Of a stretch of DNA of 64,000 bases, positions 6,965 to 16,069 are shown piece after piece. The notes beneath the pieces were generated by a model. The model saw nothing but the letters and a program-made list of their open reading frames with translations. It ran no database searches and was not told the DNA's origin. How positions within the stretch are numbered: position 1 is the stretch's first letter; every line of letters begins with the position of its first letter. The position numbers were made by a program, and so were the translations under genes. The stretch comes from a virus (taxonomy: Duplodnaviria; Caudoviricetes). The stretch spans positions 1 to 64,000 of the IMG/VR virus record IMGVR_UViG_3300002307_000018; one strand, given 5' to 3'.

Positions 6965-9051
6965 GTTACCAACTCATCCGCTTGTTCATAGGAAGTAAAC
7001 CCACCGTCTTTGACAACCTTGAGTACACTGCCCACTCTGCTTGTCAGTTCATCACGATGCGAGACCAAGAACACTGACTTGTTTCTGCGACGTGTCATGT
7101 CTTTCAGTAAATGGATTGAGTTCTCAACTCCAATCGTATCCAGACCATTGTCTACAAGTTCGTCAATGAATAACAAATTGACAGAGGAATATAAAGATTC
7201 CCACACATCACGAAAAGCAAATGACAGTCCAAGAATAATGCGTGTACGCTCACCTCGACTACAATTGTCAAAGTCAAGCGGACGTCCGAGATCCGTGATC
7301 TCAACAGACAAATCATTCATGAACAGCACATTGTGTGGCAGTCCGAGTGCATCCAAATAGTGTGCAAGACGCTGATTAAGATACGATAAGTTCTGTTCGA
7401 TAATCTTCTTGCGAACAAACGACTTCTTATTGGTCAGCAAATCGATCAAGTATTCTTGATGACCGGAGATGCGTGTGAGTTCGTTGATACGATCCCATGA
7501 AATCTCTTGAACGGCGTTCTTCGTCATATCATCCAACTGCTCGGCATACGGATCAGTCTCACTGTGCTTGTTGGCAATCTGATCCAGGAGTGACTCAACT
7601 CGTGACGAATGCTTGATAGCCTCATTTTCAGTCTTGTAGTGTGTCACTGGTTCTTCGCCGCACACAATCTCGTCCGTAGAGATATCAAGAATCTGTAGTT
7701 CATACGGGTCTTCCGCTTGACGTAAGTTCTCAATCTCTATCTTTAAGTTTATGACAGTGTAGCTATGCTTGATCGCCTCACTTTCTGTCGCATAATGAGT
7801 CACGGGTTCGGCTATCATATCAGCCCAAGTCAACTCCTCAGCGGCACGTTTGTCAGCTTCAAGTTGATGTTCACGATCTACTGATGCGTCGAATGCTTCG
7901 GTCTTTGCAAACATCACTGCACTGTGATTGTCATCATGAAAATCTTGATTACAAGCATAACACTTGTTCTCGGTAAGCGTCGTGATCTCTTTGCCCAGTT
8001 TTATTCTGAGTTTGTTTTCTTTTTCAAGATCGGAGTTAATACGTTTCAACTCCTTTTCAAGAGTCGCTTGTTTGATTACTTCTTGTTTGTACACAGCCAA
8101 GTCTTTGTGAGCCTGTAATTCAGCCTCAATATCGATTGCGTTTAGCTTAGCAAGACGTTCACCCAGTGCCTTGATATCATCAAAGCGTGTTTGCTTCCAT
8201 ACCGATTGTTTTTTAACTAAGTTGTCGTAATTATTTTTTTTCGCAAGACAAGCAAGATAAATGGAATGGTCTTTGTGAGCCTGCAATTCTGCTGCAATGT
8301 CGATCAAGTTCAACTGATCATACTCAGCCACAAGAGTGTTCAAATCTTCATCATGCTTACTCACCCACAGTCGTTGTCTGCGCTGCAAACCCTCAATCTG
8401 TTCTTGAATACGCTTGTTGGCCTCTTCGACCGCACGAATACGAAACTGTTCAACCGTAATCTCGTCTTTGGTTTGTTTGTTCAGTGCTTTGATCACTTCT
8501 GCCTTCTCCGACAAGATCGTGATGCCCAACAACTGTTCAATGATCGTACGTTGATCATTGGCTTTCAAGGCCAAGAATGGTTCGTTGTATGTGTTCAGTC
8601 CAACAATGTGTCGAAACATATCAGAACTCATCATCAGCACACGCTCAATAGCATCCTGAGTTTCACGACTGTCACCCTGAGAGTCATTGGTCTCTTCGCT
8701 CTCAAGTTCTTGATTGTTCACGAAGAACTTCAAGAACGTAGGCTTACGTCCACGCTCAATACGATACTCAACATCATCAACAGTAAACGTGACAGTCACG
8801 ACCATGGCCTTGGCATTGGTTCGGTTGATCAAGTTGTCACGTTTAATGCTGTTAATAGCCGATCCGAATAACGCATATGACAGTGCTTGAAGTATCGTGG
8901 TTTTACCTGTTCCGTTTTTTGCCCCATCCCCGCCCAAATCGAGATTTTCTCCGAGCACCAACGTTAAATCTTTATTATCAAGATTAACTGACTGAACTAC
9001 TGCTCCGACTGAAAGAAAATTTTTAGCAGTTAAGGTTTTGATCTTTATCAT
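6961..9051 (-). CDS. gp46: Rad50/SbcC-like recombination exonuclease ATPase subunit (T4 gp46)
   Basis: Walker A NGTGKTT, zinc hook CYAC, signature CSRGE, Walker B LLFIDE and D-loop GLD, with long coiled coils. Confidence 0.95.
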   Translation of the reverse strand: MIKIKTLTAKNFLSVGAVVQSVNLDNKDLTLVLGENLDLGGDGAKNGTGKTTILQALSYALFGSAINSIKRDNLINRTNAKAMVVTVTFTVDDVEYRIERGRKPTFLKFFVNNQELESEETNDSQGDSRETQDAIERVLMMSSDMFRHIVGLNTYNEPFLALKANDQRTIIEQLLGITILSEKAEVIKALNKQTKDEITVEQFRIRAVEEANKRIQEQIEGLQRRQRLWVSKHDEDLNTLVAEYDQLNLIDIAAELQAHKDHSIYLACLAKKNNYDNLVKKQSVWKQTRFDDIKALGERLAKLNAIDIEAELQAHKDLAVYKQEVIKQATLEKELKRINSDLEKENKLRIKLGKEITTLTENKCYACNQDFHDDNHSAVMFAKTEAFDASVDREHQLEADKRAAEELTWADMIAEPVTHYATESEAIKHSYTVINLKIEIENLRQAEDPYELQILDISTDEIVCGEEPVTHYKTENEAIKHSSRVESLLDQIANKHSETDPYAEQLDDMTKNAVQEISWDRINELTRISGHQEYLIDLLTNKKSFVRKKIIEQNLSYLNQRLAHYLDALGLPHNVLFMNDLSVEITDLGRPLDFDNCSRGERTRIILGLSFAFRDVWESLYSSVNLLFIDELVDNGLDTIGVENSIHLLKDMTRRRNKSVFLVSHRDELTSRVGSVLKVVKDGGFTSYEQADELVT

Positions 9052-9707
9052 GTGTTCTCATTTAATTTGTGTTTACAATTATTTCCGTGCCAACGCCTCA
9101 TTGCGATTCCTGATCCAACTGTACCGCAATAATCACAAGTCACCGTGACTGATACGTTCTTTCTTTGATTTTCCTTGAACTCATCCGAACGAGTTATATT
9201 TCCAGTCATTGTTTCGCTGACTCTCTTTCTCAACTCTACGCTCCAATCATGTGGATTTTTGCCCTCTTTTGCTTTTGAAATATTCTGCTTTCTTTCGTTC
9301 GACATAGGTCCTCGTGGCTGAGAACGTTCTATTCTCAGTTCAGCCGCTCTAACGTCTCCGAATATTTCTTCCCAAGATTTTCCAAGTTTAGCCTCACGCT
9401 GCTTTTGTTTTACCAATTCGGGATCACTGAAGTTCTCAACGCCCGGCTTAAACCCGCCTGAACTTAACAGAATGTTCATGTTCATATCATTATCGATGTG
9501 TTCAATGATATATTTTTCTTCCAAAGTGAGCAGTTCATCGATATCATCAGCATAGATGAGTATTTCTTTGGTCAACGATGATTTATCAATGATGCCAGTT
9601 ACCCATGCTCCTGAGCCAAGATATCCATCGTTCTCATCAATAGTAGAGTGCCGCCCGATATAATATAGACCTGACTGATGAGTGATTTTATATACAAAGT
9701 GCTTCAT
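9048..9707 (-). mobile_element. Free-standing GIY-YIG homing endonuclease (Seg-like) with NUMOD-like C-terminal repeats
   Basis: FVYKIT...YYIGRHST...DGYLGSG...LEEKYI. Inserted between gp47 and gp46 with 4-bp overlaps at both ends. Confidence 0.85.
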
Positions 9708-10720
9708 AAATTTCTATAAATTTCTAGCAATAGTTTCTTGTCGAATGCTCCATCTTGTAGCTCTTCGATTTGTGATTGTACAATAGAGTCAATGGATTCA
9801 AACTGAGTATTAGAGTTATCAGTACCATCACCCTCAAGCGTAGTCTTGACCGGAATTAGGGTAAGTTCTCGCAAGTGGTGTTCAGGCATCAACTTCTCAC
9901 GAATGAATGACGCTTCCTCGAATGAAATATCAATGTCAAGATTGATCTTGACATAGCCATCACGCGGCAACAATCCCTCCGGATCATCTAGCACACTTGA
10001 CAGATTGTACACACGAAATTTCGGCGCACTGGGCCACGAACGGAATTCAGGATCCTTGCCCCATTCAATGATCATCATACCACGAGCATCATCTCCAGCA
10101 TCGGAAAAGTTGTGCGGAAACGCATTGCCCATATAGCAGATGTTGCGCTGCACTTGTCGCTTGTGAAAGTGCCCGCTATAGACTTCTTCAAATCCAGAAA
10201 AATGCGAAGCCTTGACCTCATTGTGATCAGGCATCTGAATCATAGCGTTCATGTAAAAGTTTGGGAGTTCAAGATGTCCGAACAAGTATTTGTTTGACAG
10301 CTTTGAGAATTTCTTCCATTCATCTCCAATAACCCACGGAGAAATGGTTACATCACCCTGTGAGAACCAGTCATTGACAATGGTAACATTGGGAAGATGC
10401 TTACCCCACTCGACCGAATGAACATCACGCTTGTCACGATAGTACAAGTCATGATTACCCGGGATAAAATACACATGGTCAAATGCAACTGAGAGTTTTT
10501 CCAATGCTCTCAGTCCGAATTGAAGTGTTTGAATGTTGATGGCTGCACGATTGTGATTCCAATCGCCCAAGAAGAAACAGGTTTCGCAACCCTCTTGTTT
10601 TGCCTCTTTGATAAACCACTCGACGAAGTTTGAACAGTCTGCGTTGTGTTGCAGACTGTTGTTCTTCATTCCAAAGTGAATGTCCGTGAAAAATGCTGCT
10701 TTCTTAAATAGTGTAGTCAT
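9704..10720 (-). CDS. gp47: Mre11/SbcD-like recombination nuclease subunit (T4 gp47)
   Basis: Metallophosphoesterase motifs TDIHFG, LGDWNH, GNHD, GHLE, SGHFH. Start placed at ATG 10720. Confidence 0.95.
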   Translation of the reverse strand: MTTLFKKAAFFTDIHFGMKNNSLQHNADCSNFVEWFIKEAKQEGCETCFFLGDWNHNRAAINIQTLQFGLRALEKLSVAFDHVYFIPGNHDLYYRDKRDVHSVEWGKHLPNVTIVNDWFSQGDVTISPWVIGDEWKKFSKLSNKYLFGHLELPNFYMNAMIQMPDHNEVKASHFSGFEEVYSGHFHKRQVQRNICYMGNAFPHNFSDAGDDARGMMIIEWGKDPEFRSWPSAPKFRVYNLSSVLDDPEGLLPRDGYVKINLDIDISFEEASFIREKLMPEHHLRELTLIPVKTTLEGDGTDNSNTQFESIDSIVQSQIEELQDGAFDKKLLLEIYRNL

Positions 10721-10726
10721 GTGTCG

Positions 10727-10755
10727 ATTATACATGAGTCGAGTAGACAAAGCAA
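10727..10755 (-). promoter_or_regulatory. Sigma70-type promoter, probably leaderless
   Basis: TTGCTT-N17-TATAAT, then 6 nt, then the ATG of gp47; no SD. Confidence 0.6.
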
Positions 10756-10768
10756 ATCTTTTGGATAA

Positions 10769-11698
10769 CTACTCAGTGCGCTTTTTTTCCTTTCCAAGAT
10801 CATTGCTATGCTGACGAGTAAAAGATGGATTCAAGCCAGCCATCTCAAGAATGTCATCACGAATGTTCTGAACACGCTTTTCTGTATTCAGTACACGACA
10901 AAATGAATTGGTAATAGCTGCTGTATAGTATGCAAATGGGTTAGATGACTTGGCCTCGTTAAATCGCAGACCTACGTAGGTAAGCTGTAGAATAGCAGCA
11001 CCACGCATTTCATCCACATACGTATAACCGCGCCAATTGAATCTTAAGCTGTACTTCTCGCATAGCTTTAGATACATTGTAGCTAACTTATTTGTAATTT
11101 GGCCATGATCTTTTGAGAATGTCCCACTTTCCAGATCGCCCTTCCAATGTGACTTTCCAACACAAAAAGTAGAATTATTTTGATTGATCTTGTAATGTTG
11201 GAATGGAGGGAAGTTCAGTCTGACATGAACCATATCGTCCAGACCCATTTCTTTGGCTAGTGTTGTGTCTTCCAAATCTTCAAACAAGTTTTCTTCAGGT
11301 TCAAAATCCATGATTTCTTTTGCTGTTTTTGGTTTGGAATTCTTGCGAGGTTGTTTCGGAGCAACTGGAATATGATCCCATGTCATGACTCTGAACACAA
11401 TGTCTTCAACGTTGATAGTGTCTGGGTCAACTTTATCAACTTTGATTTTTGTACCGTCTGGAGCAACTGGATTGCTTAGACGATAGGCTCTGCCCTCTTT
11501 TGCTCGTTGTATAGTCTCTGGCTTCATCATATACTCAAGACTACGTTCTAGGTTGTTGTTATCCTCGTAGTCTACGATGAAATCATACTGATGAAAGGTC
11601 TTGTCTGTGAAAGAACAGAAAGTACTTTTACTCAAATGAATTTCTTTGAGAATGTCTTTGTTGTTTAAATAATTTTTCTTGGCTGGTATATTGGTCAT
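10769..11698 (-). CDS. gp55: Late-transcription sigma factor (T4 gp55-like)
   Basis: NYLNNKDILKEI...NWRGYTYVDEM...RFNEAKSSNPFAYYTAAITNSF. Adjacent to gp47/gp46 as in T4. Confidence 0.85.
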   Translation of the reverse strand: MTNIPAKKNYLNNKDILKEIHLSKSTFCSFTDKTFHQYDFIVDYEDNNNLERSLEYMMKPETIQRAKEGRAYRLSNPVAPDGTKIKVDKVDPDTINVEDIVFRVMTWDHIPVAPKQPRKNSKPKTAKEIMDFEPEENLFEDLEDTTLAKEMGLDDMVHVRLNFPPFQHYKINQNNSTFCVGKSHWKGDLESGTFSKDHGQITNKLATMYLKLCEKYSLRFNWRGYTYVDEMRGAAILQLTYVGLRFNEAKSSNPFAYYTAAITNSFCRVLNTEKRVQNIRDDILEMAGLNPSFTRQHSNDLGKEKKRTE

Positions 11699-11723
11699 AG
11701 GCTCTTTTTGAGGTTAATAACTC

Positions 11724-11752
11724 ATGATATCTTAATTGCTAAGATAAGTCAA
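11724..11752 (-). promoter_or_regulatory. Sigma70-type promoter for the gp55-like gene
   Basis: TTGACT-N17-TATCAT. Confidence 0.6.
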
Positions 11753-11788
11753 CTGTTTTGGAAGAATGGTAAAGAAAATCATGCTTTT

Positions 11789-11802
11789 TATTTAGCTAAA
11801 TA
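11789..11802. promoter_or_regulatory. Palindromic back-to-back late promoters
   Basis: TATTTAGCTAAATA is a perfect 14-bp palindrome giving TAAATA on both strands between divergent genes. Confidence 0.65.
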
Positions 11803-11831
11803 CTAAAAGGCATCGTACTTAGAGGAATAAC

Positions 11832-13217
11832 ATGGCAACAGCAGCAGACATCAAAGCACAGATAGCAGAAAAACAACGACTGTTAGACGAACAGCAAGAG
11901 CGTTTAAACTATCTTCAAGATACAACTGAGCGCACTAAGCGGATATATGAACAATCTGCTATAGCACTTGCAAAAACGCCGGCTAACGATCCTAATCGTA
12001 GTAGACTAGAAGCAGAAGCTCAAGCAGACGGTGTTGCATATCAACAAGCATTGCAAGAACAAAATACTTATGAAACAAACGTTATTGCAAAAACAAGTGA
12101 TGAAATCAACGCACTTAGCGAACAACTAGCAACTGACGATTCGTTTGCCGACAAAAAGAAAAAACAACAAGATACTACAGTTGACCCAAAGACTGACCCT
12201 ACTGTTGACAAGAAAAATGGTCCTTATACAACATACTTCGATGATGGTAGTAGCATCTACTATAATCCGCAAACTGGCGAAGAAATTGTAACAACTATTG
12301 ATGCCAATGGTGTTGCACATACCGAGTCTAAAATAGTTATACCTCAAGCAGCAGAAGAGCAAGCAGCAGAAGTAGACGGCGGCCCAACACCTATTGACCC
12401 TCTTCAGGAGAGCGCAATCGGCTCGCAAGCACTTGACTGGCGTTTTAGAATGTCTCTTGCACCCAGTGCAGATTATTTGTACAAAGCACACAACCCAGGA
12501 ATACTTGCCCCGTTGATTTCAACTGATGGTGTTCTTTTTCCCTACACTCCATCAATCAACATTGTATACAGTGCTGGATATAACGCACAAGACATTACGC
12601 ATAGTAACTATAAGATATACACTTATAAGAACAGCGCAGTTGAAGCCATTACAATTGCTGCTGACTTTACAGCGCAAGACTCGGTTGAGGCAAACTACTT
12701 GCTAGCAGTAATTCACTTTTTCAAGTCAGTGACAAAGATGTTTTATGGTCAAGATCAAAACCCAAGTCGTGGAGTTCCTCCTCCATTGGTCTATCTCAGA
12801 GGGTTTGGACAGTATCAATTTGACTGGCATCCAGCTGTGATCTCAAGTTTCACGCATACATTCCCACAAGATGTAGACTTTGTTGACGCATACCCAACCA
12901 ACAACGGTATTTCTTTTGGAGCACAAAACTTGTCGCCCTATGAGCGCATCAAATCAGACGTGTATTCTAATATCGGGAGACTACGTGCCATATCTAGTCA
13001 ACTACAACCTGGTGGTCTACCACCTGCCCCCGATTTTCTTAGTACACAAAACATAAATGAGTCAACTCGTGTACCAACCAAAGTTACAATTCAGTTAACT
13101 TGTCTACCAATTGTCACAAGAAATGCTATTAGTAACAAGTTTAGTTTAAGAGAGTACGCAACTGGACAACTAATGAAAGGTAGCGTTAATGCAGGAACAG
13201 GCGGAGGAATTTGGTAA
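11832..13217 (+). CDS. Baseplate tail-tube initiator/cap (gp48/gp54-like) with N-terminal coiled-coil extension
   Basis: DWRFRMSL...FPYTPSI...HSNY...FTAQ...PPPLVYLRGFG tube-initiator-like core; SD GAGG; first gene of the baseplate operon. Confidence 0.6.
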   Translation: MATAADIKAQIAEKQRLLDEQQERLNYLQDTTERTKRIYEQSAIALAKTPANDPNRSRLEAEAQADGVAYQQALQEQNTYETNVIAKTSDEINALSEQLATDDSFADKKKKQQDTTVDPKTDPTVDKKNGPYTTYFDDGSSIYYNPQTGEEIVTTIDANGVAHTESKIVIPQAAEEQAAEVDGGPTPIDPLQESAIGSQALDWRFRMSLAPSADYLYKAHNPGILAPLISTDGVLFPYTPSINIVYSAGYNAQDITHSNYKIYTYKNSAVEAITIAADFTAQDSVEANYLLAVIHFFKSVTKMFYGQDQNPSRGVPPPLVYLRGFGQYQFDWHPAVISSFTHTFPQDVDFVDAYPTNNGISFGAQNLSPYERIKSDVYSNIGRLRAISSQLQPGGLPPAPDFLSTQNINESTRVPTKVTIQLTCLPIVTRNAISNKFSLREYATGQLMKGSVNAGTGGGIW

Positions 13218-13516
13218 TGCAATACCCAAATAGCAGTCCATATTATTTAACCAACATTGTTAATCAAACATTTTTAGACGTTATGATCAATCGTCCTGTA
13301 CCTGCTGATCCAACTGATGTATACTGGCAAATTACTCCGACATACGATCTTAGACCTGATTTGCTGGCCTATGACCTGTATAACGACAGCAAGTTGTGGT
13401 GGGTATTTGCACAGCGCAACCCAAACAAACTTAAGGATCCACTGTTTGACTTTGTTCAAGGCATTTACATTTACGTACCAAAACAAAATGCACTATCAGC
13501 GGCATTGGGAATATAA
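13217..13516 (+). CDS. gp53: Baseplate wedge protein, LysM-like (T4 gp53-like)
   Basis: RPDLLAYDLYNDSKLWWVFAQRN; TAATG overlap with the upstream stop. Confidence 0.8.
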   Translation: MQYPNSSPYYLTNIVNQTFLDVMINRPVPADPTDVYWQITPTYDLRPDLLAYDLYNDSKLWWVFAQRNPNKLKDPLFDFVQGIYIYVPKQNALSAALGI

Positions 13517-13519
13517 ACA

Positions 13520-16057
13520 ATGGCAACAACTTTATCAAATACGGAACCAAAACCATCAGATTACCCGAATGAATATGAGTACGCACGTGCATACGCTGCG
13601 TGGGGAAATCTCAGAGAAGCCGCCCGTCTAGCAGGTCAAACACCCACGGTAACAAACGATGACAATCCACAAGCAGGTAGGGCGGATGGCTATCAAGCTG
13701 ACGGCGGGTACGTAGTCAATATCTCAGGCACCAATGGTACTTCGCAAACCACTGGGCAAAAAAGTAATACTGCACAGATCGACGATCAATTTCCTGGAGC
13801 AAGAAAGAAAAACCCACTGAGTGAATACAGTAGTTCTACTTATTCCATTAGTCTATACATGGTCACTGCTGAGTTCATGAACAAGTTTTCGGTCAACAGT
13901 CCACCGGCAACACTTCCAACTGATTCAGATGGCATATTTCTTATTGCTCAAAGCGGCGGCATCAATAACTCATTTGATCAAAGACTTTTGACCAAGAGTA
14001 GAAATTTAGGTCGTGGTGAAGAAGGTCTAGACTATTATATTGAAGATTTGACCATTACCACTACCATACAGCCAAGTCCTACTGGACTAACAACATTTAT
14101 GCCTGCTATAGCTTTCAAAATCGTAGAACCCATTGGTTTTAGTTTTTTGCAAAGTTTAGCCATTGCTAGCACCAGAATAAATGGAAAAAGCCCATTAGTA
14201 AGAGCGACAGACGCTCCTCCTAATTCAATGCAGCAGGGATATATCATAGGAATAAGATTTTACGGTTATGATGTTGATGGAAAAGTAGTCAATCCGGGAA
14301 CAAATTCTTACGTTGGAAGTATTCCAAATACTAAAACCGACGATAAGAGCATAACTGAAAGATTTTTTTCATTTCGTGTTAGTGATATGTCATTTAAGAT
14401 AGATGATAAAGCTACAATTTATTCATTCACAGGGCAATCTTTTTCAAACGCAGCAGTCGCTGAGAAGTTTAATACAGTTCCATATCCTATTAGAGTTAGT
14501 GGCACAACTGTTGACGGGGCTCTGCGCGGCATAAACGGTAATGGTGGGCTAATGTCATTGATGAACAATAAATCAATGCTTTTAGTTGATATGAAAAAAG
14601 CTAAATTTCCGACAGAATATGATATTGAATGGATTGGAGGAGATGACAATCCCATTGCCAAGTCGTTGATTATTGACGATACAAAAGTTGAAAAATCAAT
14701 TACTCCAATGTTTGATGCTGCTACTACGAGTCAGACAACCATAGCTGGTTCTCTGAAATCTAGAACTTACAATCCATCCAAGCATGAATTTCAATTTCAA
14801 GCAGGAACTTCGATAACTGAAATAATTGACAATATCATTGTAAAAAGTAGTTATATATCAGACTCGCTAAACAGCATCAATGATGCAGCAACAGAAACAA
14901 AAAATTCCGAAAGCTCTAGTATTAAAGAGCTGAACTGGTACTACATCAACCCAGTTGTAGAGTTACTCGGTCGTGACGATATACTAGCAGACTGGGCGTA
15001 TAGAATCAAGTTTCAAATAGGAGTATATAAAATTCCTTATATTCGTACACAATACGCAGACACCAGATCAAAATATCCTGGGCCATTCAAAGTGTACAAC
15101 TACATATACACGGGAGAAAATTCTGAAGTGCTTGATTTTGAGCAAACATATAATAATTTATATCAATCTATTTCTGCGATTACTGCTCAAGAAAGTGCGT
15201 ATACAAAAAACACCAGCGCCACTGATCTTAGAAAAAAATTAGGAAATGTACCGCTTGCTTTGGCCTCATCTACTAATAGTAGTTCAATTGGAGGAAAACT
15301 CAATGGCGGAAGTAGAATAAATGAAAACGTTCGAGCACAATTATATAATCAAAGTGATCAAAAAACGGCAACAATAAAGATTTTGGGCGATCCAGACTGG
15401 ATCATGACTTCGATTGGCGTCGATCAAAAAATCTCAGCACAAAACAATGTAGATGTGGGCTCTAAAAGCACAATACTTGCAGAAGGAATTGTAAAACAGT
15501 TATATGGTACTGGATATGCTATAAATCCGTACGGCGGGCAAACATTCATTCAAATAATATTTGGAATCGCAACCGACTATCAAGATAATGGACTATTAGA
15601 TGTTGGCAACGATATTCTATTCTATGATGATTTAGACGTGATTAAAAGTGGAATTCAAGGATTTGTTTATCAAGTAGCTGAAGTTTATAGTAGTTTTAGT
15701 AGAGGACAATTCACTCAAACATTCAAACTGATTTTTATTCCAGATCCTCTGTTGAGAACGAATCAAAACTCAGATTCTGAGTCTAGAGAGAATTCTTCTA
15801 ATGGAAGTGATGTTAGAAAACCAGTTGATACATCAACCGGAGGTTTGATTGATGCTGACAGACAAGCAGACGTCGCAAATAAAGCTCGTCAAGAATTTTC
15901 TGGAGATTTTCAAGATGCTGATCGTCAACAAACGCAAGCTAATGCGGCATATGCAGATGACGATAAAGCTCGACAACAAAATAATTCAACTAATACGACT
16001 AATGAAGGACGAGAAGTAAACAGACCTAACGCTTCAAACACGAGACAACCAAACTAA
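13520..16057 (+). CDS. Baseplate hub protein (gp27/GpD-like)
   Basis: Position between gp53 and gp5; C-terminal ATIKILGDPDWI...YQVAEVYSSFSRGQFTQTFKL hub-like motif. Confidence 0.55.
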   Translation: MATTLSNTEPKPSDYPNEYEYARAYAAWGNLREAARLAGQTPTVTNDDNPQAGRADGYQADGGYVVNISGTNGTSQTTGQKSNTAQIDDQFPGARKKNPLSEYSSSTYSISLYMVTAEFMNKFSVNSPPATLPTDSDGIFLIAQSGGINNSFDQRLLTKSRNLGRGEEGLDYYIEDLTITTTIQPSPTGLTTFMPAIAFKIVEPIGFSFLQSLAIASTRINGKSPLVRATDAPPNSMQQGYIIGIRFYGYDVDGKVVNPGTNSYVGSIPNTKTDDKSITERFFSFRVSDMSFKIDDKATIYSFTGQSFSNAAVAEKFNTVPYPIRVSGTTVDGALRGINGNGGLMSLMNNKSMLLVDMKKAKFPTEYDIEWIGGDDNPIAKSLIIDDTKVEKSITPMFDAATTSQTTIAGSLKSRTYNPSKHEFQFQAGTSITEIIDNIIVKSSYISDSLNSINDAATETKNSESSSIKELNWYYINPVVELLGRDDILADWAYRIKFQIGVYKIPYIRTQYADTRSKYPGPFKVYNYIYTGENSEVLDFEQTYNNLYQSISAITAQESAYTKNTSATDLRKKLGNVPLALASSTNSSSIGGKLNGGSRINENVRAQLYNQSDQKTATIKILGDPDWIMTSIGVDQKISAQNNVDVGSKSTILAEGIVKQLYGTGYAINPYGGQTFIQIIFGIATDYQDNGLLDVGNDILFYDDLDVIKSGIQGFVYQVAEVYSSFSRGQFTQTFKLIFIPDPLLRTNQNSDSESRENSSNGSDVRKPVDTSTGGLIDADRQADVANKARQEFSGDFQDADRQQTQANAAYADDDKARQQNNSTNTTNEGREVNRPNASNTRQPN

Positions 16058-16069
16058 ACGAGATACAAC

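Noticed and set aside
9048-9707. Group I intron interrupting gp46/gp47
   Set aside because: Both genes are intact and the endonuclease ORF overlaps their ends, leaving no room for intron core elements.
10721-10771. TAG readthrough or recoding fusing gp55 to gp47 (same frame, one TAG)
   Set aside because: A sigma70 promoter lies in the gap; TAA, TGA and TAG all end intact genes elsewhere (TAG at 41783 and 50484); no gene needs recoding. One-in-three coincidence.
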